A DNA stretch of 55,286 bases, filler included, from Sphacelaria rigidula (lineage: Eukaryota), in the NCBI GenBank assembly GCA_964200075.2. It is 6 parts of 6 records of this genome, joined end to end, with 100 filler letters (N's around TTAATTAATTAA, not from the genome) between each part and the next. Parts side by side here need not be neighbours in the genome. Positions count along the whole stretch, not along the records: positions 36,927 to 46,056 come from CAXNAA020009225.1; positions 46,157 to 55,286 come from CAXNAA020009226.1; 4 more parts are not named here. The stretch is one strand, 5' to 3'. Shown here piece by piece: positions 44,750-55,286 of the stretch; positions within the stretch are counted from its first letter, which is position 1; each line of letters starts with the position of its first letter. Below the pieces are notes generated by a model, which was not told the origin of the DNA, made no database searches, and saw nothing but the letters and a program-made list of their open reading frames with translations. Position numbers and translations under genes: made by a program.

Positions 44750-46056
44750 GCTGCGTGTATCGGAGCTCGGTAGAGTGATATATCATCTGCCTCACTGGCG
44801 GGTTGTGGTCTGAATAAGACTTTTTTGTCAATTATTTTCGTCGCACACTTTTGTTTCCTTCTTTCTGTCAGACGAAAGCAGATTTTGGTGTATTGTTGCT
44901 CTTCGGCGTGTGCATGCAGACGTGACAAGCTGCAGCAAGTTGATTCGTTTGTTGTCGCACATCAACGAATGTCTCACAAATCCAGCTGTGGTTGAATGAT
45001 AGACGGACGTTCCCCACGTAGAATATGGGGAAACAATCGCTGGAGGAAACTCGAGGAAGGGGACAGACAAAAAAGGGACACAGAGAAAACGCAAAAGGAA
45101 CCGCAAAGAAAGGGGGGGGAGGAAAAGGCACGGTGGAAGGGAAGGAAAGGGAGAACAAGAGAAATGCGAGAAAATACCAGGCTAAGATCTGGCACCCGTC
45201 CCGAGCAAAGAAGAGAAAAAATGCGACAGAATTCTGACGCATGGTTTCAGGAATTGAAGACGTACAAGGGCAAACCAAACAAAAAAACGAAGCAAAACAC
45301 AGCAAGATCATCGAAGAAGGTACAGTGAAAAACGAGAAGGCGGTTTTCCGGAACATGACGCACAAGCGAAATCGAAAGAACTCTTCATTTCTCCCCCGTG
45401 AGACCACGGTAGCATTCGACTTTTCGAGTTGTGCAAAGAAAGAGGGAGGTTCAAAATACGTTGAAGGTGCCGATTCGATGCGTTCAACGCGTCTTCGAGG
45501 AAGGCGCTCTAACAATCTCTGCATAGCTGAGTAGTTACACCATTTTGGTGTTGGGAAGCTCAATAATATTTCCAGAGGGATGGGATATTTTCACGTCCTC
45601 TCGTTAATCGCAGATCAGAGAATTTTCTCCACGACTCGTAGGTGACACTGATTGTAATCAATAACGTCCATGCGATTGTTTTGTAGCGTTATTTCAATGA
45701 TGGCAATATCATATATTCGCTTCGAAACGCGCGGTGGGCCCCCATCGCTCACCACGATTGTTGAACCTATGCCACGGTTGGTCCCTCAAGGCCTGGAGCT
45801 TTTCTCATGAAAAATTACCCGTTTTCCCCTGAAGTATTTTCGGTAGTGTTCTGCTCCTAAAATCGTGACAAGTAGTGGAATACCGAAGCGTGTAAAATAT
45901 TCCCACATGTTTCGAGAGTTAACCGCGGCCACTCAAGTCTGGGCGAATGCGTGAGCATGCAAGGGGGGGGGGGGGGGGGGACACTTTTTTTTTTTCCTTT
46001 TTTTTTCTGCCCCCGGCCCCCACCTCCTTTTAGAACCGGCGCCGGGGGGGGGGGGG

Positions 46057-46156
46057 NNNNNNNNNNNNNNNNNNNNNNNNNNNNNNNNNNNNNNNNNNNN
46101 TTAATTAATTAANNNNNNNNNNNNNNNNNNNNNNNNNNNNNNNNNNNNNNNNNNNN
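46057..46156. other. Artificial contig linker
   Basis: N44-TTAATTAATTAA-N44. Confidence 0.97.
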
Positions 46157-48808
46157 AACCTCATTTTTTTTTTCAACCCCATTTTCAAAAATCGGCTGTT
46201 TATTGTTTATTTCTTACCGCGCAGTTCTCGAGACAGGAAGCAAACCGGCCTGTGGCACTACACAGACCCCCGTACACACTAGATCTGTTCAGTGTGGCGG
46301 CGTAGTTGCTCAATTCGCCACAGCGGATCCGAAAAGCCCCAAAACGCTGCAGGAAACGCGTTCTTAGTACATTTCGCGTCTGATTTGTGTTTTGTGCAGC
46401 GGTTTGCGAAGTGCTGCGGCCTCCGCGGCACGCTTTACGGAAACCTGAAAACACTTGATAGTTTTGGTGTGTGGAAAGCGCATGCATCAAACCGCAGTCC
46501 AATCCTCTGCTTCGTTGCCGACAAAATAGAGTTGAAAGATAAGCACAGCAAAATACTGCAACAAGACGGGCACAATACGAGCCGCAGCTTCTCTCCTGTT
46601 GTTATTCCTTCCAAATATATTTCAGTGCCCCGGCGTTCCAACCGTTGCCCAATATTTGGCAATGGCCGGGCAAAACTTAGGTCATATTTGGGCGGGGGAG
46701 AGGGAGCATCACCTTCGTGTTGCGTAGAGCTCCTCGGGGTTGTTGGTAGCGGTGGGCATTGTTGTGTGAGTGTCAATTTGGGGGGGCTGAGTATTGTGTG
46801 CACTGTCAATGGTTGGACCGCGGGTGCTTCCTACCGATCTTCATGAATTCCAGATTTGCACCTATCTTTGGAGGGATTAACTTGCGACCACGACGTGGGT
46901 ACAACGGGTTGATATGCCCAACTCAGTCAACTACTCATGCAAATAGTACTGAGGAGTTGGGGAAGCGTGCTATCGATGGGGTGTACTTCTACTCCGTGTC
47001 TACAGGCGTGCTGCGATGGTACTTCCATTATCACCAAGTAGTGCAGGACCCCCGGGCCAAATCGAGTTGTTCCAGCGATGCCCACCGACCTGTTGCGCGG
47101 GTCAGTTAACGAAGATGCGACGCAACAAGCTCTTCTTCGGCCGTGCTTGACACAAAAAGATTTTCGATCAGCCCCTCCGCTGAGCAGCAGGGCCCGCACT
47201 CACAGCCAAGCCTCGGCACTGGTATCGCATGTTCCTCCTCCCGCCCCCCTCGCTCCCACCCTCATGTAGTCGACGGGTTCAACTCCAGTTGCCCTCGCAC
47301 CTGCCGCGGTGGTTACTGCTACCCCTGCTACACCGGGGTGAGTGACATCGCGTCATGGAAACCTATATCTGGTGTCTCGCGGGCAGCGCAGCTCAGCCTG
47401 TTGAGGGAAGTGGCTGTCGAGACGCTGATCACAACTCTCCATTGTGAGGTACTGTCTTTGCCTGGGTGTTCGTGCAGCATTTGCCATGTTGTGTTGTACC
47501 CAAATTGACTCGAACACGTTCGAAAACCACTACTTGTACTGTACTTGACTGTCTTGCACCTGTGGCTGTTCATTGCCTTGCTCATTATTGGCGAGCGCGG
47601 AGTGCTTTTTGGGCTTGGGAACTGAACAAAGCTCCCCGCTCCATCTCTCTTTTATATGCGATAGCAATATATTCGAATCAGGCCTGCCCTTTCGATGCTG
47701 CGGTCGATAGTTTCCCTCACTACTACAATGTATATACCCTCTCAGTCTATACTCAAACTCATAGCGCTCAACTCATGTGTAATTTCGGCCCCATCTGTAT
47801 ACCCGCTCCCATATTTGAGATGTGACTGTAATACGCCGCTTTCCGTGCCCACACTGAAGACAAGCCACTCGCAACTATTCCTGAAGACATGGAAAAGATG
47901 ACGCCCCGGCGAAATTTCGAGAGCTGAAGCACACCATCACCCTTCGTGTTGTGATTTCCGCGCACAATAGACCGAGCATCTGATCAAAAATGCAGGTAAC
48001 TTACTCAACAGCCATCCTTTTTATCATCATCACCATTTAGCACAACGGTAGCGTGTCGCGAAGTTGCAGAGGTACCATTGCAAGCCGGTTCGGGTCCAAA
48101 ATTTCAAGCCCAGATAGCGTTGGTAAACGATCATGTGAAACGAGTAAGGGCCGTTATTGTCGACAAATAAACAAAATGGGAGAAGATCCGAAATTTCGGC
48201 ATTCGCCTAGGACTCGTTATTATCTAGATCTACCGTTGCTGTTAGATATCTCATTACAGATGGTGCTGATCTCGTCGTTTACTTGCCTTCGCCGGCAACA
48301 TAAAGGACAGGGTTATGCTACCTGCCCGTGTATGGCGTTCATAACTGTGGTGAACATATTTCTCACAACCTCTCTGTGACACGGGGGGGCAGTTGGATAG
48401 GCTATGGCATCATCGACTAGCTCTCTCGGGATGCTACAGCAGCACACATGAGTAAAAATACTGACTGTAGAAAGCCCCGTGCATAGATTACAGCATGCTT
48501 GCTTTCTGTGACTTGTATGCGCAGATGCACCCAATCAAACCACCAGCAATACACTTTTCAGACGGTGCGGTAGCGTACCCTCGTAGCAGCACTGCAGGCA
48601 AGTAGGTAGCTACTGGCTTGTTTCTACCCTTCGCTTCGAAAGTGCGTGTGTCTGCAACGACGACCACCGTGCTTGGCACCAACAGGTGCTGCCGGGGCAC
48701 ACACCGTCTAAGGAAATAGATACCGCCAACCCGCGGTGCTTTTTACTCTACGACATAGCCCAGGGTGTCACTACAAAGGTTCCTGATGATTCTCGCATGC
48801 TTGCGAGC

Positions 48809-49654
48809 TAATTGACGATCGTCGAGCTGAACAATAGTGCATGTGTACTTGGATTCATTCGGGTACATGCGGTGCAGATTGACGAAGCATCATAGATATC
48901 GGATCGCGTACGTTGACGGATTGTGTTATAACTGGGTGTGAGAATAATTGGGGGAACCCATATGCAGTCCTCCCTTCCGTACTCAGTTGTGTTTTAGGGT
49001 GCATTTTAGGCATTGCATTTCGGGTGGAGAGAGCAGCTCGGGTGGAGCTTGCACGATTGATGTGTGGTGAGTGAAGGTTATAAGAGGTTAATACAAGGAG
49101 AAGGTATACACATTCCCCCGTCCAGAGCGCGTCCCCTACGGGTCAATCCCTTTATCAAATACGCTAGTGAGTTTGAAACGGGTAGACAGCAGCCGGAGTA
49201 GCAGGGAAGTAAGAGAGTTTGAGCAATATTCAGCAGCACGTTTTAGCGCTTGAGCCAGCTCGAGGCAAGATACAGCAGCACCAGTTAGCGCTTGAGCATT
49301 CAAAGAGAGCGACGCAGTTAGCGTTTGTTCCGGTCAGAGGCAAAATTCAGCAGCATTTCATAGCGCTTGAGCCTTCAAAGAGAGTCACGCAGTGAGCGTT
49401 TGTTACGGTCAGAGGCATAATACAGCAGCACTTTATAGCGCTTGAGCCTTCAAAGAGAGTCACGCAATAGCGTTTGTCACGGTCAGAGGCAAAACTCAGC
49501 AGCACTTTATAGCGCTTGAGCCTTCAAAGAGAGTTACGCAATTAGCGTTTGTTACAGTTCCAACAACAGAGCAGCATTTGATTGCGCTTGAGTCAACGAG
49601 GAAGGGAATCAACAAGTGAGAGGTCAAGGAGAGTTTGAGACAAACAATCCAACA
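48809..49654 (+). repeat. Putative LTR 1 (contains ~75-bp tandem repeats at ~49273-49560)
   Basis: Similarity to the copy at 53994 starts here. The 3' boundary is inferred from a Copia-like TCCAACA end 35 bp before the gag ATG. Confidence 0.6.
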
Positions 49655-49688
49655 ACAAGTAACAGTAGTAGATAATAAAAGTCGATCC

Positions 49689-52546
49689 ATGGCTAAGATG
49701 AGGTACAGTACTGAAGAGTTAACGGAAAAACTCAGGCGTATGGAGGTAGAGCAGACCGGAAAACTACGAATCATGGAATAAAAACAGGCAGGACTTATCG
49801 AGGCCGCAAAACGCGATGCTGTTGCAGAGTACGAAAGAGATAGGAGTATGCATTTGGGCGCAGGCGCACAAGGTAATCCCACGGTGGGTACAGCACACCG
49901 CGAGCAGGAGAACAACCCACGTTTTTTTCCAGAGTTCCGAAGCGACAACGTCACGGGAGGGCAACGTGCCCCACCCATCTTTGTAAGAGTACGCAACAAT
50001 ACGAGCATTCACCCATGGGATGGTGCAGTAAAAGCAGGGGAAACTTTGGAGTCCAAGTTTCGTGTGTTTCAAGTTCAGATGATCGGATACTTTCGTGCCG
50101 AGAAATGCTATGATGCTCTGTTTGTTCAAGACCCCATTCGAGTGTTTCATGGAAGAGAAGAAGAGTTGATAAGGCAGCATGGGTTCAGGGCAGTACAGGA
50201 AGCTCAACGTGCCCACGATATACTCCTCGAAAAAATCACCGCTCCCGTAATGGTAGAAAACTTTGCGATGCTTGGTTCGCCTAGTGAGTCTTGGGATTAT
50301 TTTGTTCAGTACTATACCGTTTCGCCTACCACTGAGAAGGCACGTCTTGAGCACGAATGGTCATGCCTGTAGATGTCCCCGGGCGAAAGCCCTTTGGTAT
50401 TTCTAAATAGGGCGAACCTGAACCGCCAGAAGAGACACCATTTTGGTCATGTAGTTTCGGAGTCTGATGCAAACAGGCATTCCGCACGCAGGCTGTCATC
50501 GGAATATCAGATTCAGAGAGGAATTCTCCTCGCGATGCCAGATATCGACACAGAGACCCCTCACCGAACGGTGAAAACTGCACACGCAGAGTTGGAACTG
50601 TCGAGCAGCAGGATAGACTCTCCGACTAACCATGCCTTGTCTGCTATAGCTCGAGATGCATTTCACAGTGACGTGTCGGGGAGGCGACGCGGAGGCAGGG
50701 GGGGCAGGCGAAACCACCACTGCCGGGAGTGTGGATCTGACCGAACTGGGAATTCGACGTTACACCACCGCTATGACCATGAACCGTCGCCAAGGCCTTA
50801 TTCCCGATCACATTTTACATCCCCACATGACCCACACAACGACCACAACCCCAATTCAACCTCTCAACCCTCATCATGCAATGTTCCCAATTGCACGATC
50901 TGTCACACACGAGGCGACGGGCGCAGTCATGTTGATAGCCGACATGGCAATCGATATCCTCACCGAGACCAGGGTGCCCCGCATCACGGGGGACACCACC
51001 CCCAAGTAACCATCACACCAACGATCCACGCCACTTCAATGACTCCCGACATTCTAGGATGTCTCACTCGCGTGCAAACCTTGTACAGTATAGTGAGCCA
51101 CCGACTTCTGACGAACACTTCACCCCACCGGGCAGAGACGACTTCAGTGATGCTGGATATGCCCACTACGTGCAGAATCATGAGGCATCGTCACATCGAA
51201 CACAGCCTCAACAGCAACATTTCCAACAATATCACCCGCCGGGCCAGGAGCATTACTCTTACTACTACCCTCACCCTGACAACAGCCATCAACAATACCA
51301 GACCGAAGATCCACATCACGACCAACAGTCACAGCAACAGCAGCAACAGCCGCGAGCCCCCCCAGCTACATCTACTGCCTCTCCCGATACGCATACTGGG
51401 GAACATCCACGGCTATTCATGGCGCGTACCATGCCCGCAGGCGAGTCTCGTTCTCGGCTTGGTGATTACGATCCACGTAGGTATGATGTACTGGGTGATG
51501 GTACTGTATCTGGTAAGGATGATAATGCAGAAGAATGGCTCGCGGATACAGGCACTACGGTTCATGTCACGGGTAGTGTAGATGACGTTTTTAATTTACG
51601 ACCCCCTCCTCAGGGCATGGAATATTTCGTGATGAGTGACGGGACCAGACTTCCTGTGAAGGCAGCAGGTAACTTGAACTTGACATTTCACGTGAGATCT
51701 TTGGATGTCTCAGCCCCCCCAAGTGACTTCCCAATACAGTTGACCGATGTCTACATCGTGGAAGGTGTCAAGTTCAATATTTTCTCCCCTCACTACATGC
51801 AGGAGCGGCAGGGTATCGCTTTGAATTCCACTGGAATACATTTGTTCAATGGCAGATTACGATTTGACCGCAAATCGGGGATTTCATCACAGATCGCGAC
51901 GCGCCTTCGCCCGTACAGCGTTAGTAAGTCTGATCGCTCGAATACTGTAGTTTCGACTCCCCCGAGTACTGTAGTTTCGCCCTATATTGTAAAGTCACAT
52001 ACACCTCCTGCGGATTCACGTACCAATGTAGAGTCAGATCTCCCCAAAACTGTAGAGGCTTCACGTACTACGGTAGATTCTTCCACGGCAGCTGCCGGGA
52101 CTAGTTGCGATGAATCTGAATTCCGGAATTCTACCGTAGAATCTTCCCCGGGGAATCGTACACGCAATATGACTGTAGGATCTTGTAGTCGGCCCACGGT
52201 TGTTTCGTCTGCGAATGATGATGTTAGTGCTCCCCCGAACACTGTGTCTAGTACTTCTGACGGTGCAACCTCGCCTACTGTAGCGCAATTTACCACGTCG
52301 GAGTCTTCACGTACTTCTGTCGGTGCCCTCCCGACTACAGTCTCTTCGCATGCTACAGTAAGTGTCCCGCCTAATACTGTGTGCTGGTGTGCTACTATCA
52401 GTGCTCCGCAGCTCCCGAGTGCGGAAAGATTGGATTTTCATTCTCCCCCCACATTGCTCACGCCATTATCCCGCCGAAGGCGTTGTGTCTTCCCCCCTCG
52501 GTTTCTTTGTCCAGTCCCCCTCCGCTACAAGCGTTGTTCCGTCTGA
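49689..52546 (+). pseudogene. Disrupted Copia gag-protease polyprotein
   Basis: ATG at 49689; in-frame stops at 49779-49781 and 50370-50372; frameshift near 51000. Gag-like FRVFQVQMIGYF...SPSESWDYF...ARLEHEW...MSPGESPLVFLNRA. Copia protease EWLADTGTTVHVTG...MSDGTRLPVKAAGNLNL...LTDVYIVEGVKFNIFS at ~51530-51790. Confidence 0.85.
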
Positions 52547-53993
52547 CACATCAGCTGTTGGTATTCAGCTTGGTCACCGGGCAGATAGTGTATCTTCAAT
52601 GCGACCTGTTCCGCGTGTACAGCTTCTGCGAACACCGCCGTTACCGCTCGACGGAAGGGGGGGTTATGGAGCGAGTACCGTCGCCGACCCGCCGGCATCC
52701 CCGCAGCCGCCGATGAACGCGGTAAATCCTGAGCCGACGCCGCCATTTTCATATCATACTGCCCCATTGCCGAGCCAGCACCAACACATTTTTACCACCA
52801 CTGCGCCGCCATTATTTCCACCCCCCGCAGTACCGCCACAATTATATTTCCCAATTGCCGCTGTGCTGCCGCCACCATTCCCATTCACCACCGCGCCTCA
52901 ACAACCATACTTCATCACGACCCCAAGTCCGGCACGATCGATGCGAACACCACTGCCGCCACCTCCGACCCAATCGGCAACACACTTCAATACGTGGCAT
53001 CGTCGGCGCCGGTGAAACTGAGCGGCGGGGCAATACCGATGGGCTGGAGCAGGGAAATGATGCCGGTGGAGTGGAGCAAGGATGCGGAGCCGTTTCGATG
53101 GAGGAGGGGGGACGTGACCATGGACCATGGAAGAGTCCAGAAAGTTGAAGATGGATTTTGGAGAATAATATATTCCGATGTGTAGACTGTCAAGCATTTA
53201 TTTGTACACCACTTCAACTTCATGAAGATTCATGCTTTGGATATTTTGATTTTGAGTAAAAGCGCGGCGATGTGACAACTGTCCGGATGCAATGATTTGA
53301 CTAGTGGGCATCACATCCGCAACAGCGATTGGGATGCACGACAAGGATTTGTTTAATCTTGCATGAGGATATTACGCTTTGTAGTGCATCATGTATTTCA
53401 CAGTTCGATTTGAGTTCGACTTTTGCGTGATTCACTCTCGTTTTCTCTTCATATTATCACCGAGATGACATGATGGGAATTTTCCCTTCATGTGAGTTTG
53501 ATCTTCGATATCTTTTATGGATCATGGCATATGACGAATTCTAGTTGGTGGATAAATCTATTAATCTTGGGTATCCAGCCATATGTCCATGAGATATTTT
53601 TGCACCAACATATCCCGAGTTTTGAAATGGCGATATGATATGGGGTCAGGGGGGCGTCTAATGTAGGGAATAGCTTTCCTTGATGAATTATTTTTTTCTT
53701 ACTGAGTCCACCATGTACTCCGGAACTTGCATTGTGAGAGGAGTATGTTTTTCTTGGGAGAGTTGGGGAACATACGTCGGGAGATTTGAGATTTTATGCT
53801 CCCGAAAATAGTGAGATGGTGTGGGGTCAGGGGGGCATATAATTTAGGCGCCGATGTTCCATGATGATTTCGTTCTTTATTTGCTGAATCTTCCATGTAT
53901 CCCGGCTTTTGTGTTTGAATTTGCCCAATCTCCTGAAATGGAACTACGATTTTTTGTGTGATATGAGTAAGGTTCAGCCTCAACGTGGGGGGC

Positions 53994-54767
53994 TAATTGA
54001 CGATCGTCGAGCTGAACAATAGTGCACGTGTACTTGGATTAATTCGGGTACATGCGGTGCAGATTGACGAAGCATCAAGGATATCGGATCGCGTACGTTG
54101 ACGGATTATGTTATGACTGGGTGTGGGAACGATTGGGGAAACCCATATGCGGTCCTCCCTACCGTTGTCAGTTGTGTTTTAGGGTGCATTTTGGTCAGTG
54201 CGTTTTGGGTTGGAGAGAGCAGCTCGGGTGGAGCGTGCACGGTTGATGTGTGGTGAGTGAAGGTTATAAGAGGTTAATACAAGAAGAAGGTATACACATT
54301 CCCCTGTCCAGAGCGCGTCCCCTGCGGGATCATCCCTTTATCAAATACGCTAGCGAGTTTGAAACGGGTAGACAGCAGCCGAAGTAGCAGGGAAGTAAGA
54401 GGCGAGTTTGAGCAATATTCAGCAGCATTTAATAGCGCTTGAGCCAGCTTGAGGCAAGATACAGCAGCATTAGTTAGCGCTTGAGCCTTCAAAGAGAGTC
54501 ACGCATTCAGCGTTTGTTACGGTCAGGCAAAATTCAGCAGCTTTTCATAGCGCTTGAGCCATCAAAGAGAGTCACGCAATTAGCGTTTGTCACGGTCAGA
54601 GGCAAAATTCAGCTGCATTTCATAGCGCTTGAGCCTTCAAAGAGAGTTACGCAGTAAGCTTCTGTTACAGTTCGAACAATAAAGCAGCATTTGATTGCGC
54701 TTGAGTCAACGAGGAAGGTAGTCAACAAGTGAGAGATCGAGGAGAGTTTGAGACAAACAATTCAACA
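53994..54767 (+). repeat. Putative LTR 2 (shared between tandem units)
   Basis: Follows GTGGGGGGC and ends TTCAACA. It has one fewer ~75-bp internal repeat than LTR 1. Confidence 0.6.
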
Positions 54768-54801
54768 AAAAGTAACAGTAGTAGATAATTGAAGCCGATC
54801 C

Positions 54802-55286
54802 ATGACTAACATGAAATACAGTACTGAAGAGTTAATGGAAAAGCTCAGGCGTATGGAGGTAGAGCAGACCGAAAAACTACGAATCATGGAAGACAAACAG
54901 GCAGAGCTTATCGAGGCCGCAAAACGCGATGCTATTGCAGAGTACGAAAGAGATAGGAGTATGCATTTGAGCGCAGGCGCACAAGGTAATCCCACGGTGG
55001 GTACAGCACACCGCGAGCAGGAGAACAACTCACGTTTTTCCCCAGAGTTCCGAAGCGACAACGTCACGGGAGGGCAACATGCCCCACCCAACTTTGTAAG
55101 GGTACGCAACAATAAGAGCATCCACCCATGGGACGGTACAGTAAAAGCAGGGGAAAATGTGGAGTCCAAGTTTCGTGTGTTTCAGGTTCAGATGATCGGA
55201 TATTTTCGAGCCGAGAAATGCTATGATGCTCTGTTTGTTCAAGAGCCTATTCGAGTGTTCCATGGAAGAGAAGAAGAGTTGATCAG
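54802..55286 (+). CDS. Gag N-terminus of the second tandem unit, open to the window end
   Basis: MTNMKYSTEELMEKLRRMEVEQ...FRVFQVQMIGYFRAEKCYDALF; it has GAC where unit 1 has the TAA stop. Confidence 0.75.
   Translation, partial: MTNMKYSTEELMEKLRRMEVEQTEKLRIMEDKQAELIEAAKRDAIAEYERDRSMHLSAGAQGNPTVGTAHREQENNSRFSPEFRSDNVTGGQHAPPNFVRVRNNKSIHPWDGTVKAGENVESKFRVFQVQMIGYFRAEKCYDALFVQEPIRVFHGREEELI

Larger units (their letters stand above)
48809..54767 (+). mobile_element. Copia-type LTR retrotransposon, non-autonomous (gag and protease only), first unit of a tandem
   Basis: Long direct repeats at 48809-49654 and 53994-54767, a G-rich PPT-like tract at 53987-53992, gag-like and Copia protease coding between them, and no recognisable integrase, RT or RNase H. 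Confidence 0.8.

Noticed and set aside
47120-47590. EsV-1-7 or Cys/His zinc-finger repeat relic (SFCVKHG, EHPG) on the - strand
   Set aside because: Isolated short motifs that need frameshifts to assemble; not supportable without a profile search.
49273-49560. Regularly spaced ~75-bp repeats as a CRISPR or guide array
   Set aside because: Whole units are repeated with no unique spacers, and they lie inside the LTR.
50990-51010. Programmed -1 frameshift between gag and protease
   Set aside because: No canonical slippery heptamer; Copia elements normally use one ORF and this copy has other disabling stops, so a C-run indel is more likely.

Overview
This is eukaryotic nuclear DNA, most likely from a brown alga or related stramenopile. 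That assignment is inferred from the ~0.4-1.4 kb GT-AG introns, short exons, G/C homopolymer tracts and repeat style. The window is not one locus. It is six contigs of near-identical length (1-9132, 9233-18364, 18465-27595, 27696-36826, 36927-46056, 46157-55286) joined by artificial 100-bp N44-TTAATTAATTAA-N44 linkers, so adjacency across linkers is meaningless. Well-supported genes are seven 3' exons of a U2AF65-like splicing factor (contig 2) and eight central exons of PRP8 (contig 4). A probable two-exon fragment of an orphan Lys-tailed protein lies in contig 5. Contig 6 holds a head-to-tail tandem of a Copia-type LTR element carrying only gag and protease. The rest is a mosaic of MITEs, SINE/LINE ends, minisatellites and gene relics. 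The most interesting signal is an abundant short retroposon that ends in poly(C) rather than poly(A) and has 15-17 bp target-site duplications at G/C tracts. In the two + strand genes it sits G-run-first at intron 5' ends and C-tail-last at intron 3' ends, twice abutting PRP8 3' splice sites. Other highlights are a decayed Fanzor1-like fragment, a U2AF65-like protein with two RRM1-type domains, and a composite hAT element carrying an exon-like cargo. All coordinates and alignments were made by eye; no searches were run.
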